A DNA stretch of 63,998 nucleotides, the filler included, from Licmophora abbreviata (Eukaryota), in NCBI GenBank assembly GCA_900291995.1. It is 14 parts of 14 records of this genome, joined end to end, with 100 filler letters (N's around TTAATTAATTAA, not from the genome) between each part and the next. Parts side by side here need not be neighbours in the genome. Positions count along the whole stretch, not along the records: positions 35,420 to 40,580 come from OLMU01006046.1; positions 40,681 to 47,151 come from OLMU01006047.1; positions 47,252 to 61,289 come from OLMU01006048.1; 11 more parts are not named here. One strand, written 5' to 3'. The position numbers were made by a program, and so were the translations under genes. Every line of letters begins with the position of its first letter. The first letter of the stretch is position 1. Below are positions 36,406 to 50,223 of the stretch, piece after piece. A model generated the notes under the pieces. That model searched no databases, was not told the DNA's origin, and saw only the letters and a program-made list of their open reading frames with translations.

Positions 36406-38605
36406 TTAGTCCACCTTGACGTTCTGGAAGATTGCTCGTACAAACCGACTGGCTGCCGCATGTCCAAGCGTCCCGCACAAGAGGCCCAAGTTAATAGCAA
36501 TCAGCGCCATGTATCCAAAGTAAAACGACGTCTGTAAAAGTCCATTCATTTGAGTCTTGCCAACAAAGTAGTAGATGCCGTAGGCAAAGACGTAGGCTGA
36601 TGTCGATGCGCCGCTGGCGAACGCCGTCCATTGCCAGTGGTAATTTTCCGCGTTCAGCAAGAAGTAAACTACAATGATGCTCGTCATGCCCACAACGATA
36701 CAAAGTATCGCATAAACACCCAACAAAAATCCATAGACGTGGTAGAACTTGTAGTTCCAAAGCGACGTCAACACGTAGTAGAGTTCGATGAAGATACTTC
36801 CGAACGATAGAAGTCCAGCGAGGGGTACAAGACCCATTGGTATGCCGTACCACGGCACCTCTTCGGGAATCGGACGGGGAATGGCATTGACGCGGCACGG
36901 GAAAGCCTCTTGTTTCGTCGACAGCGACTTGGCGTGGCGGCCCAACAACGTGCCCAATACGCACAGCGGCACGCTCACAAAGACCCAAATCAAGAACAGT
37001 TTGAGCATGACCAAGAATGGAATTGTGCTAATCGTTCCGTACCACAGAGACAAGGCATTCAAGACGCTCAGCAGGGAAACTGTGACCGTCGGGAGCATCA
37101 GCACGGTCAAAGCCATGGTGGCTTGCCACCAGGATGACGACCCCGCGTTCCTCTTGGTGGCAGAGTAGAGCTTGAAGTATCGCCCTGACATGTATCCCGA
37201 AACAATACTGCTCAACGAGTAGCAAACAAGAATGGCATGCATCACCTCACCGCGTTCCTCGTGTACCTCGCCGTGCAGCGGGCCAAGGACCGCAAACAGA
37301 ATGACGCAAAGCGTGAGAACAACGAGCTGCCACCCACTGCCGAGTAGGGCAGCGAAGAGGGGCAGGTAGGAAGGCGCACGAAAGACATCCCCATGAACTT
37401 GTTTCCAGCCAGCGTCTTCGGTTCCTTGTGCGCCACCAGTGAGCGGCTTGCGATCGTCGTCGTCGGCACCAGGTTCATCGGCCTCCAAGTCGTGGACGAG
37501 TCCGTAGCGAGCGTAGTCCTTTCTGAGAGTACGCAAGAGAATCAAGGCGACAAGCCCCATCAAGAACAATACCATCATGAAGGAATTGAAGACGCTGAAC
37601 CAATGAATGGGGTGCTTGAAAAAGTCGTGATCCAAGTATCGGTCGAATCGGGAGTGGAACTCTTCGTCGGTCGGCGTAAACGCAACTGTCATCTTGAAGT
37701 CAAACTCTTTGCCTTCCTCGACGAGTTTGAGAGACTTCGGATCGCTGGTAAGGTCGACCTTGACGATCTGATCTTTGTTGTAGGAGATATCAAGCTTGCG
37801 CGACGTGTAGACGTAAGGCTTGAGGTTGGACGCCTGTTCGTCTGAAACATCTACCACATGCTCGAGACGATCGATGTCGTCCTTGAACTTCTCCTGCATT
37901 TTGTCGGACGAAAGCATCTCTCCGACCATCCCCCAGACTGGCAGGTCGTCCAAGTACATTTGGTAGAACCAGCGATGCTGAATGGCATGACTAAAGAGGT
38001 CCGCTTCGGCCTTGGTGAGCTTTTTGGTCGCGCAGCTCTCGCTCTTCTCGCCCGAGTTGGGTGAGAACGTCACGTCATGTCCCGAATGACGCAAGACATG
38101 CCCTCCGAGTCTCTCTCCCAAGGAATGAATCTTCCACTCGTTGAACCGTCCCTCGTCCTCGTCGGGGTGGTGTTTCGTCTGAGGGGCGCAGTAAGGAAGC
38201 GTGTAGTACTCGTATGCCTCTTGCGGATTCGCGTATGGACCGACCTGAAATTTAAGAGAGACAGTCGACAGGGGGGCGAGTCAGCGGACGACTGAGCAAG
38301 ACGAGCGATGCCCCCAGCACGAAAACAGTCGATGTCGGCCTTTCGAGCTTCATGTCTCACGCCGATATCCTGATATCCTGGTACCCGGTACCAGGCAGCA
38401 CAGGCACGCGTATACGTATATAGTACCGCAATGACTCTGCAGTAGGAAAGTGGCGTAGATTGTACGCGCGTCGCATCCAACACACCTTGTTGACCCAGAG
38501 CTCGACATGTTCGTCATTTCCGTATCGATGCGAGTACGAGTCACCGACAGTGGTAGAAAAGAACCATCCGGAGAGGATGGATGACACGAGGAGAGGAAAT
38601 CTCAT
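36406..38605 (-). CDS. TM9SF3: Transmembrane 9 superfamily (nonaspanin/EMP70) member 3-like; intron 38245-38485
   Basis: Signal peptide, VELWVNK|VGPYANPQEAYEYYTLPYC, MYLDDLPVWG, IHWFSVFNSFMMV, GWKQVHGDVFR, PCRVNAIPRPIP, C-terminal FVRAIFQNVKVD. Confidence 0.95.
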
Positions 38606-38913
38606 GTTGAAAGTGCCAAACAAGTCAACAGAATTGGATTGAAATGCCGTGAATCACACTGTGCGCTCTTGGCGTGGCCGTCGCTTTCTCTCGTGACTCT
38701 TATGAGGAATGGAATCTGGCTCTCACTTTTTTCTAGTCTATCTATCTTTGAGAATTTCGATGAATTCTGAAACTCCACATTCCTCACGAAAAAGATACCT
38801 GGTACCCACGCATTCGTAGTATGATAGACATCACGCGAAACACAACAAGTTCTTTTCGAACAATGCAAAAGCGCATCTGCATTCGGAACAAAGATACTTG
38901 ACACCCTTTGACC

Positions 38914-39837
38914 ATGGCCTCGCCTACCAAACTCAGCCCCTCCAGTGGAGATATGGCGACGTTGCCTCCTTCTAGCGATAGTAGCCCTGTGAGTGTGGTC
39001 CAGGATTCGTCGCTTGTCGGGCAGGAAACGGACAAGGCCGATGCGAGGGTTCATCAGAAGATCTACGCTCCCACGTTGGCCATGCCAGATTTGCAGAAGG
39101 AAGACGGCCCTGAAGAACACCACGTCACACCTCTGATGCCCTCCACCACGGAGTCCGCCGTGGAGAAGGAAGCTCCTGTGATCAAGGAAGTTTACGGTCC
39201 GTCGATTGTTGGATTGGGAACGGATACAGCGGAAAACCGAAGAGTTTACGACAATTGGGCCAAGGACTACTCCAAAGATATCCGGGATTGGGGATACACC
39301 ATGCCCGAGGTCGTCGCCGAAACCTTGCTCAAGTGCATCGATGAGTTCAAGATCAACAAGGATGGGCTTCGAGTCCTGGACTCGGGATGTGGAGACGGAT
39401 TGTCTGGAATGGCTCTCAAGACGATTGCTGACGTTCCGGATATCTCGGGCGACGATGTGTCGAGCGAGATGCTCAAGATTGCCGCTATCCAAGGCTGCTA
39501 CACGGATCTCCAAGAACTGGACTTGAACGAAACTTTGTTGTATCCAGATAACAGGTTCGGCGTTGTCACATGTGTCGGAACCCTCACGTACCTAGATCCG
39601 GACGCTGGGACTCTAGAAGAATGGATCCGTGTCACTAAGCCTAACGGTCTCATTATGTATACCAATCGCACCGACAAGCTTGACATGTGGAAGGCAGAAG
39701 AGCAGCGTCTTATTGATGAGAAGCAGTGGGAGCTGGTCAGTGTGTCTGACCCGGTGCTCTATCTTCCGAACAATCCCGAGTTCGGAGATGAGATGCAAGT
39801 CAACTTGTTGGTATTTCGCGTGTCTTCGCGGAAGTAG
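38914..39837 (+). CDS. Class I SAM-dependent methyltransferase (METTL27/WBSCR27-like) with a low-complexity N-terminal extension
   Basis: VYDNWAKDY, VLDSGCGDGLSG, GDDVSSEML, CVGTLTY, EWIRVTKPNG. Confidence 0.85.
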   Translation: MASPTKLSPSSGDMATLPPSSDSSPVSVVQDSSLVGQETDKADARVHQKIYAPTLAMPDLQKEDGPEEHHVTPLMPSTTESAVEKEAPVIKEVYGPSIVGLGTDTAENRRVYDNWAKDYSKDIRDWGYTMPEVVAETLLKCIDEFKINKDGLRVLDSGCGDGLSGMALKTIADVPDISGDDVSSEMLKIAAIQGCYTDLQELDLNETLLYPDNRFGVVTCVGTLTYLDPDAGTLEEWIRVTKPNGLIMYTNRTDKLDMWKAEEQRLIDEKQWELVSVSDPVLYLPNNPEFGDEMQVNLLVFRVSSRK

Positions 39838-40222
39838 CAGCGTGGCGACAGTGGGGGCAGATCTTTAGACATGCCGATCATTCGAGAGCGTCTATCGCTT
39901 TACCAATTCAAGGAAGGGCTCCGAAAACGGTTTGGGTCCAAAGTACGCTGCTGGGAACCGTGATGCAAAGCATCGAGGATATGAGTGAAACTATGTGAAA
40001 CATCTAAAAGCCTGTAAGAACAAACTGAAAAGTAGACCGAGATATTCTGCGACGCCGTGTGCACGCTTGCTAGGTAACGGTATAGGCAATACTCTGCACG
40101 CTACTACTCTGTCGATCCAAACACAAATAACCTAAATTCCTGTTTACATTGTGTAGACTAATCGCTTCGTCGTCTCATCTCGCTCGGTCACGACTCTCGG
40201 CTCCATTTGACACTGCTCAGAT

Positions 40223-43205
40223 CTACTCACCCGTCTGAAGCTTGTGTGCGGCAGCCTTCATTTCATCACTGATTTCGACGCTATCGGCCGACTGCACAAA
40301 CTCAGGGAGCTCGTCAAAGTTCAAGTAGCGATACGTGTCGGCCGCAGTCGCGTTCACTTGATCCATGTATGCAAGATACTCGTCGACAGTAGGCAACTTG
40401 CCTTCAATACTGGCAACGGCAGCGAGTTCAGCCGACGCAAGGTAGACATTTGCGCCTTGTCCAAGACGGTTCGGGAAGTTACGCGTCGAGGTGCTCACGA
40501 CCGTGCAGCCTGGCTCCACGCGCGCCTGGTTACCCATGCACAAACTGCATCCTGGCATCTCCGTTCGAGCCCCCGCCGTGNNNNNNNNNNNNNNNNNNNN
40601 NNNNNNNNNNNNNNNNNNNNNNNNTTAATTAATTAANNNNNNNNNNNNNNNNNNNNNNNNNNNNNNNNNNNNNNNNNNNNCCGAAGATGCTGTAGTAGCC
40701 CTCTTCGATAAGCTGTGCCTCGTCCATTTTTGTGGGTGGAGCCACCCACAGACGCGTCGGGATGGGTGACTTGAGTCCCTGGAGTAGCTTTCCAGCAGCC
40801 CTCATATGACCAATATTCACCATACAGCTTCCAATGAAGACCTCGTCGATGGGGGCGCCCGCGACCTCCGACAGCAAAGCAGATGCATCCGGATCGTTGG
40901 GGAGAGCCAGAACAGGCTCCTTGAGCTCGTCGAGATTGATCTCAATGATTTCGGCGTACTCGGCGTTGGGGTCGGCTTCCATTAGTTCGGGATTATCCAG
41001 CCATTCTTCCATGCGGGCAATACGGCGCTCCAGAGTGCGCGGATCGCCATACCCTTCAGCAATCATCCACTTGAGCATGACGACGTTCGAGTTCAAATAT
41101 TCAATGATTGGCTCCTTGTTGAGCTTGATCGTACAGCCTGCCGCCGATCGCTCGGCGGAGGCGTCACTCAGCTCAAAGGCCTGCTCACACTTCAAGTCGG
41201 GCAAACCTTCAATCTCGAGAATGCGACCACTGAATACATTCTTCTTGTTTTGCTTCGCGGTCGTGAGAAGTCCCATCTGAATCGCCGTGTAGGGGATGGA
41301 CTGCACCAGGTCGCGAAGCGTAATTCCAGGCTGCATCGTACCAGTGAATCGAACCAGCACACTCTCGGGCATGTCCAGCGGCATGATACCCGTCGCTGCT
41401 GCAAACGCGACAAGACCACTACCGGCAGGGAACGAAATGCCAATCGGGAATCGAGTGTGCGAATCGCCACCAGTTCCAACCGTGTCGGGCAAGAGCATGC
41501 GGTTCAGCCACGAGTGGATAATGCCGTCACCGGGCTTCAAGGATACACCGCCACGAGTGCGAATAAAGTCGGGAAGCGTGTGATGCGTCACGACATCGAC
41601 CGGCTTGGGGTACGCGGCTGTATGGCAGAAGCTCTGCATGACAAGGTCGGCACTAAATCCCAGGCAAGCCAATCCACGCAACTCGTCACGCGTCATGGGT
41701 CCCGTCGTATCCTGCGATCCGACCGTCGTCATGAGCGGCTCACAATACTGTCCCGGCACAACACCATCGACGCCGCAGGCGTTTCCAACCATCTTCTGTG
41801 CGAGCGTGAAACCACCGGGGGTGTGCTCGGGAGTTTCAGCCATCGCAAAGATGTCCGACACCGCAGCGTCTTGTCCAAGTGCCACGCGTGCCTTGCTGGT
41901 CAGTCCGCGTCCAACAATAAGGGGAATGCGTCCTCCCGCGCGTACTTCGTCCAACAAGACATTCGTCTTGAGCTCAAATTCGCTAATGACTTCATCGGTA
42001 CCGTGTTTGCAAACCTTCCCGTCGTATGGGTACACGTCAATGACGTCGCCCATGTTCATACTCTCAACCGGTAGCTCAATGGGGAGCGCACCCGAATCTT
42101 CCATGGTATTGAAAAAGATGGGAGCGATCTTGCCTCCCAAGCAGAGACCACCCGACTTGAGGTTGGGCACATATGGAATATCTTCTCCCATGAACCACAA
42201 GACGGAATTGGTCGCGGACTTGCGAGAGCTACCGGTTCCAACCACATCTCCAACGTAGGCAAGGGGGAATCCCTTGGCCTGCAAGTCTTGAATCTGCTGA
42301 AGGGGGCCAATCGTTCCGTCCTGGGCCGGTTCGATGCCATCGCGCGAGTTCTTGAGCATACTAAGGGCGTGAAGTGGGATATCGGGACGACTCCAGGCGT
42401 CTTGCGCCGGACTCAGATCATCTGTGTTGGTCTCACCCGTCACCTTGAAGACGGTGGCTGACATTTTCGTGGGAACCTCCGGCTTCTGCAGGTACCAATC
42501 GGCAGCCGCCCAACTTTCAAGGACGCCCGTGGCGGCCTTTACTCCCTGCTTGTGAAGGGTCTCGACGTCGTAGAAGGCATCGAAGACAAGCAAGGTAGCC
42601 TTCAGCTGATCGGCAGCCAACATGGCGATGGCATCATCCGAGTCACTCAAGAGATCGACGAGCGTTTGGACATTGTATCCTCCTTGCATGGTTCCGAGGA
42701 GTTCAATGGCGTATTCGCGCGAGATGGCTGGAATCGTAGTTTCGCTCTTGGCCACGGCGCTCAAGAAAGACGCCTTGACGTAGGCGGCCTCGTCGACGCC
42801 GGGAGGGACACGCTTGGCGAGAAGTTCTACAAGCTCCTCGCTCTTATCCGACCCAGTCTTGAGCTCCTCAATCAAAGCACTGGCCTGACTGGCGTCAAGA
42901 GGCTTCGGAGCAACGCCCATTCCGTTGGCCATGGCAGCGCGCTCCTGCACATGTTCTTGATAATCCGACAAGAAGGCCGAGTTCAGAGGAGACGTTGAAG
43001 AGTAGAACCGATACTGCTGACGAGGCAAGGGTGAAGCGACGGGACTCCCAAACGAATTTCTACTTGTGCCCGCAAGACTTGAGACTGCTCGCAGGTGCAG
43101 GAAGATACGCGCCTCGCTGGATTTCGGCGAAACCTGGCGAATTTTACTGCCGTTCTGAGCAGCTCGCTGCGTCAGCTGCCGCACAGCAGAGCGTGCAAAC
43201 ATCAT
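40223..43205 (-). CDS. acnB: Bacterial-type aconitate hydratase B with a mitochondrial-type presequence; no intron seen; spans one linker
   Basis: [107 protein letters not shown]; Arg/Ser-rich N-terminus. Confidence 0.97.
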
Positions 43206-43685
43206 TCTGGCAACGGAGGGGCACTATGAGGCAATGCAATCACTCAAACGCCTGATAACCACAGCAGTTAGGTCCAAAAGGCGAAGAATGAAGAATGCCT
43301 TCTTGTTTCGTCCAGACTTCCGAACCAAACTTGGAAGATCTGAACCAAGATTTTTTCGTGGCGAGCAGATGGCGCGAGTGGATGACAGACATGACGTCAC
43401 GCATACATATTCAACACATGTATCGATCTCCGAACTCCAGATTCCTTTCCGCGTTGCTTTCACTCGTGAGAGATCACGCGATCGTGACAAGAAGCAAGAC
43501 ACCCCACGACTACTATGATACGACCACAAGCGCGCCCCATGACACACAGTCATGCAGTCTAGCTGAGGCCGGCGATGAGAATTGAGGCGTTTTTGCAGCA
43601 CCGTCCTCCCTCGAACGAAACACATTCGCATGTCAATTGACTCCCACCAAGCTTGAAAGAAATCAGCGAATGCAAGACTCACAAA

Positions 43686-46600
43686 ATGCAGAGAAACGAC
43701 AGAAAACTTCTAAATTCGGAAATTGAGATTCCAGATCAAGCCACCGTCGCTCCCAGCGTCTTGACGGAAGATCACACTGAGATGTACCAGCAAAGCCGAC
43801 GATCTAATTTCTATCAAGAAGAATATCTTCTGGAAATGACCTACGAGCAGCCCAAAAACCGAGTCAGCAGTCACACCAGAAGTACGAATGCCAGCACAGC
43901 CTCTCACTCGCTGCACCAAGGGTCCACACTAACGCCCGATTCATACACTGGAAGCGACTCTATATCTTACGAAGAGCGCAACTTCTTTGATGGACTGAAA
44001 GCTCTTGTAGAAGATTCACTCTCCATGTTCGACGACTCGGAGCGCGAACCTCTGTCCCAGACATGGTTCACCGGAAACTCAATATTGCCATCGAGCGATC
44101 GTTGGTGTCGACTCTTCGAGGGAGATCGATTCACTAACGCTGGAAGAGTCGGACATTCACACCTTCCCTCTGCAGTATTGTGGCATAGCGATCAATCACT
44201 CGCCTACACCAGTACACACCTGTACGTCCCAGAAATGTATGTTAAGGACTGCATCGAAATGCGCGAGTTCCGAGAAGCCGCAGTCGTCAACATGAAGGCT
44301 CGCAAGTTCCACACACAGCCGATGAACCTGTCCATGCTGTTTCCAACCTGTCGAGCGGTACAGAAAGGATCAAGATTCTATCTCGATTACACTACAGGAC
44401 ATGTCGACGCGTCAGAAGCGCTTGTGGCTGTGATCAATCGAGAAGATGAAGTGGAGCTAATACTACCAAGAGAACTTCTCGCCCAGTTCTTGGCCTTTGT
44501 GATTACCACAAATCAACAAGGGGGCTACGCTAGTTGTGAAGTGGCACATCTTCGGGGCGGTGCTTGGTATGCTGTGAAGAATGTGGAGATTCTGGGTCCA
44601 GAAGACGGACCTCATGCGCCCATACTAGACGTCGAAAAAGGCAAGACTCGTCTGAATACTGCCGGAAGGCGATACGTGGAAGAATACCACAATGCGAGAC
44701 AAATTGGAGTCGGAAAATCAAATCGGATGATCGGACGATACTTTGCTCGTGGTGCGATAAAGACCGAGGTCGTGCAGCGTATCATCCCTACCAACTGGAA
44801 GGAAGCAAATGGCAATGAGATGCGTGAGAAGGAGCTTCCTATCCCTTGCTGTGATTCGATCATGACAGTGTCAGAGGAAGGTGGTATTACGAGCGAAGAG
44901 TCCAAAGTTACTATTCATGTCAAGAAGCCTCTCTTTGGTTGGAAGTTTGCAACCGCAGAGCCTGAAAAGTCGAGATTTCCATGCCCTGTGCTGACACGAA
45001 CGGACGCGGGCGCGCCGATTTCTGGGGAGAGCCATCACAACACCGTCCTCTCCATTCTAGGATCCCACTCCGTGCAATGTAATCAAGTGGATACCTTAGT
45101 TCGAATCGAAAAGGGTCTTTGCGATTCCTTAATGGGGACGCTGACAAGTCAGTCGGAGGACGACGATGTGTTGGCTTTGGATTTCGTCGACACAGGGGAA
45201 AAGTGCTCCGTGGGGTTGAAAGGCAAACTCACATTGTATGGATCAACTTCAATCTATAGAGCGATCGCTGTTTGTCGAATTCAGAATCGGTGGTATGACT
45301 TCCTTACTCTCCAGCCTCGAACACCATTGAGAGCAAACGTCAAGAATGTGCGCTTTCTCCGGCTGGAGCCAGTACATGATTTTGCGTTCATCTCACAGCT
45401 CAAAAGCGATGATATCACCTCTAATTTGCTTGTGAATATGCCAGGACGTCTTGAAGATGACAGCGCTGAATTATCAACACCTTCTGAGCCTGCCAGAGGC
45501 GGCCTACAAGGCGTGTTTGTTCCTCCGAGTCAACGACCTCAGATTGAGTCGGACCTTGAATCATTTCCGGATGCCGGGACTTGGGTACTGCACGCGGGCA
45601 ATGATTCTAGAAAGTCGGGGCATTCGCCGTACGTGAAGCAGAGCCCTCAATCGGACATAAAATTTTCTCCGACTCCAGCGATTTCATTCTTGCTTGCTAC
45701 CCCAAACAGAGATCGACCACAATCAGCTGAAGGCGACATGTTGCAACACGGAATGGGGCGCCTATCGTCTGCCCAAAAACCGAGTCCACTGTCCCATGTG
45801 CATCCCATTAGAATACGTGAGGAGGGACAAGATGCCATACCTCGAGCGGAAATATGCTACATTCCGTCAGGTGTAAGGGACACTAAACCCCCCGCGCGAA
45901 CTATCGTGAGACCGACGTCTTTGGGGCGCAAGCACCCGAGTACTATGGGCCAAGAGGACGACGATGACTCGCTGACTGCTCCTCCTAGGCAGGGAAGAGG
46001 GGCACTCTCGTTCGAAACTCGGAATCTGTCTCGGTCGGGGGGCATTCCTTGTGAGCCAATGCTGAGAAAGAATTATGACTCAAACGCCCAACAGAGGGAG
46101 GATCAGGTGTTAGGTCCCAGTGAAGGCGAGAGACGACGATTCGAACCGGCACCCCATGAGCGATTGAGCCCAGTTGATTCGTTATTGCACGGCTCACCGT
46201 CAGTCGCACCCGAGCCTCCTAACCAAAACGCGTATTCAGACCTTGATTGTGACGGGGATGATGAGGAAGCGGAGATTGATACGTCTCCACTGAGGACACA
46301 GAATGCTGGTCCGCCCGAACCCAGGAATCGTAACCTGGACTTTCCAGAGCCCATGGTATCCTTCGCCCCACGAAGACCAAGTGATCGAATCGTAGAGTCG
46401 AGCACCCATAGGCTGGTTCCTGTCGATTCTATGGTCCTGTATCGTCGGGGAAGGAAAGCAGGATCTTCTCCAATAGAGGACGAAACGCCTATTGACATAA
46501 GCGGTGCGACTGGCGCTGCTATCCACATGACTGGACCGCAGTTCCCTGAGGTAGATGGCCCTTTGGTCCCTTATTGTGAATCTCGTGTGTCGATGCACGA

Positions 46601-47151
46601 CGCCAAAGTGGCGCTCGAAGACTGTTCCCAACCCATCAACAGACGGGTTGCTCCTGATGACACGGGAAACATCAGACCGGGGGTGGGGCCGACCGAAGTG
46701 ACCGCTGGGGTCGAAAACATCGTCGCTCCCACGATTGGACTCGATCTCGTCAGGTACCAGCTTGATACCGCACAACCTCGGCTTCTCCAAGATTCCTCCC
46801 CGGAGAACTCCACGAAGGCGTCGCATCCTCTCCCGGCAGGTGTGGTCACTAGAAGGACAGTGACAACACATCATCCTGATGGAACAAAATCTACAGAGCA
46901 GACTACGTGCTACTCGGATGGGTCGCGCGTCGAAAATTATGTCACTGGCGATACCCGGGGCAGCGGACGTTCTGAAACAGAAGCGCGTCAACCGCAACCT
47001 CGTCTTAACACTCCTGTCCCTGCTCCAATCGCGCTTGTTCACCAGCCGCCCTCCCAATTTGTTATTAATGTAACGACCTCAACAACGAATCATCAAGATG
47101 GAACAAAGTCCACTAAGACGACGACGTCCTATGCGGACGGATCACGTGTCG
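43686..47151 (+). CDS. Large hypothetical protein (>1,150 aa), 3' end in gap
   Basis: Uninterrupted 3.4-kb ORF; globular-looking N-terminal half, Pro/Ser-rich middle, repeated TT..DGTKST..TT.Y.DGSRV at the end. Confidence 0.75.
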
Positions 47152-47692
47152 NNNNNNNNNNNNNNNNNNNNNNNNNNNNNNNNNNNNNNNNNNNNTTAAT
47201 TAATTAANNNNNNNNNNNNNNNNNNNNNNNNNNNNNNNNNNNNNNNNNNNNTCTGGATTGATGGATCGCAACAACATGTACTTGAAGTTACATGCATCTT
47301 GACATTCCCGTATAGTACTCTAGGAGAAAGGAGAACGCCACGGGATGGCGCAAAGTCGAAAGTAAAAGCTGTACATAAAGATCGCGTTGCGAATGCTCCT
47401 TCTCCATAAGGTACGACGCAGCACAAAGTGAGCTATGAGCTTTCCTCTATCATGCAGTGATTTGTTTGGCACCCGAAACTGTGACGCCTTATCTACGACG
47501 TACAGCAGCATACTAGGCTGCCGTATGGCGGGTGGCAAAACCGCTCTCTCGTTGGCGGATACGTCAATTGCATTCACTCCTGCATGAACAACCACGACGT
47601 CTCATTGCCCTCTCCTCGTTTCACCTACTCCAATCCTAACGTCCTCGCTTACTCTTTCGTATCGTCGCTGCCGAATCGAATCGGTGCTGTCT

Positions 47693-49682
47693 CTACCGGT
47701 AGAGAACAAACTCCTCCGTGGGGGCTCTCGTGCGCTTCCCGCCTGGAGTACCCGCAGGCTTAGACTCGGCCCTGCTACAGATGAGATCAGGCTTGGTACG
47801 AAGCGCGAAATACAGCGCACTCAGGCCACCTTCGTGGTCCATACGGTGCAAAGCATTCACCCAATCAGAGTCGTTCAAGTTCTCAGTCTCCATGTAAGAC
47901 TTGCGGTCGGCCCTGTTCAATGCTGTGTAGAAGTCTGCCTTCTGCTGTTCGGCAGGGAAATTCTTTGGAATGCCAATGAGTTCGCAAAGAGTCGTATTCG
48001 TCGTCTCTAGAGGAGTCAACAGCGCGTGAGCCCCGTCCAATCTCATAGCGACTTCCATATACTGGAGTCTGTCGTGGTCCAATACGACACGCTTCAAAGT
48101 CGAGTTTTTGGTAAGCATTGCACCAATTTCTTTCACTCCATCGTTTTTCGATGTTGCATGCAACCAGCTCGAGCGTCTCGAGTGATTTATTTTTGTCAGC
48201 TAGCACTAATGCCAGCGTCTTGGCTCCAGCCTTGCCAAGTTCAGTAGCGCCACAGAGCGCAAGCTTCCGCAAACAGCAAGTATGATGCAGCAACGATATG
48301 ACCTCCTGGAACGAGGCTCCATCCATTTCACCACTCAGAGATAGCTCTTCTAGATGAGCGCTGTATCGAATAGCCGTCACGATGGCGCTGATCTCCGCTG
48401 GGTCGAGAGCCCGCCAGTCCATGATTTGGAGTTTGAGACTTCTCACGGAACAGCTCTTCATACGCATCATAGTTTCGACGCTTTGGACAACTCCACTGTT
48501 TTTCGCGCAGAAGGTAGTAAGATCGAGAACACGTACCGACGACCCTGCACAAAGTCCACGCAGTATTGGATGGAAATACGCAAGAGACGTACCCTTCCCC
48601 TCCAGAGCAATCTCATGGAGGACTGAAGCCTGCTGGATCAAGGCCTGAATGTGAGCTGCCGCCTGTTCTGATGGAAGCGAGTCACAGTCAGGCCAGACCA
48701 CTAGTCGTAGAGTCTTCAGGCTACTTGCTGCTTCCCGCACAACCGCGCCAAGGATATCACGGACGCATTCTACCATGGAATTGTCAAAGGCTCCTTTGAA
48801 GGACATTTCGAGGGTTTGAAGAGTCGTATTCTCCCGCAAGCCTGCAACAACATGGTCAAAATCGTTCTGCGAAGATACGTCAAACGTGAGCTCTTTCAAT
48901 GTCTCCCTTGCCGCGAGCATCACACCACTGGAAGAGCACCGTTGTAGCGTGAACTTCTTCACTGTCTGATTGGGAGGAAGACCCCGCAATAAATCGGAAG
49001 GATCGAGGAAATGTGAATCTTGTCGGGGCCACCAGCGGAAGGCGAATTCTTCAATCGTGCTGTTTCGTTCTAGTAAGGCCCCGAGGTGACATAAATTCGG
49101 AACAACACCGATCTCATCCAAAGAGATGTCAAGCGCTTTCAGTGTCCTGTTTTTACTCAAGGCGTCCGACACAGCTTCGAGTGATTCGCCTTTCGGTGTA
49201 CACACGAGGCTAGTAATGGTCTTGTTGTTCTCAAGGACATCGAAGAACGCTTGCAAGCTGGCGTCGGACATTGAGGAATGCACAAACAAGGTCTCCACAG
49301 CAGTGTTGAGCGTCAGACCTCGAAACATCTCGCTCCAGTCAGCGCCTGCGCCCAGGTAGAGCGTGAGGTCTACGACTGACTGGTTCTCTTGCAGGACTTT
49401 CTTCAACGAGAGCATTTGCTCCGGAGTAGGCTCGATCTGGCATCGCATGACGAGTTTTTTGACGCAGGTGCTCCTGGCTAGAGACTGACAATCGTCATCC
49501 CACCCATGCACTGTCAGCGCTTCTAGATCCAAGAACAATGAGCGCCTCTTGAAACGGTCGTCCTGAACAATCCCTGACGACGCCATGACGAAATTTCGAA
49601 ATTTCGGTCCTGCTTGATCCAGATACGACCGGAAGCTCTCGATTTCGCTCTTGCTGCAGGCACTGATGGTCCGATACTGCAT
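47693..49682 (-). CDS. RNI-like leucine-rich-repeat protein of a diatom-expanded type; +1 frameshift at the A5 run 48144-48148
   Basis: Repeated L..N.TL..L units (LQENQSVVDL, LENNKTITSL, LSKNRTLKAL, LRENTTLQTL, LTKNSTLKRV); C-terminal cap DFYTALNRADR...W..AL...LYFALRTKP. Confidence 0.85.
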
Positions 49683-50223
49683 CTACTCTCTAGAAACAAG
49701 ACAGTGTACTAAAGAGGAGGAACGACGCGAACAAGAGAGACGAAAGCCCTGAACGCCATGAATGAATCAAATCACAACACTGCTGCACCCCGCGGCGCAG
49801 GTTGTCATTGCTGGAACGACTCGACTCGTGACTCGACTCGACTTCTTCGAATGACCGGAGATCCGATCAACTTTTTCAAATTCCAAGGTTCAATTTTTTC
49901 CCAAAAAGGCACACCACTTTTTCTGTTGTCGCACCCGATGGATCGAAGCACATTCACACCATTGCGAAAACTAAGGGGAAAGTTGCAGCGAGAAGCTTTC
50001 AGCGGCGAGCGGCTGATTTCAAAAATAAACATGTTAGACTAGTGCGATACGAGCAGTCGTTTTCGACCCAACACAGTACTATGTAACTTTGGCCTTGATT
50101 CTACGACGTAGGTCCTACAAGGTACCACCGTCTCCAACATTCGAACGGCTCGGCATTCATCATGGTGCCTTAACAATTGCCACGCATCGGCTACCAACGT
50201 GGCCCGTATACCTTGTATCGCAA

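Noticed and set aside
38364..38395. Short direct repeat and palindrome (cctggtacc-c-ggtaccagg) in the TM9SF3 intron as a MITE or ncRNA
   Set aside because: Too short, with no terminal inverted repeats or target-site duplication; GGTACC/ACCGGT words are common in the non-coding DNA here
38602..42998. Long antisense ORFs over the methyltransferase and acnB (38602-39513, 41250-42074, 41605-42258)
   Set aside because: Shadow ORFs of GC3-rich conserved genes with no independent motifs
48140..48150. Programmed frameshifting or pseudogenisation of the LRR gene
   Set aside because: A single homopolymer length change restores the frame; no canonical slippery heptamer seen; same error pattern elsewhere
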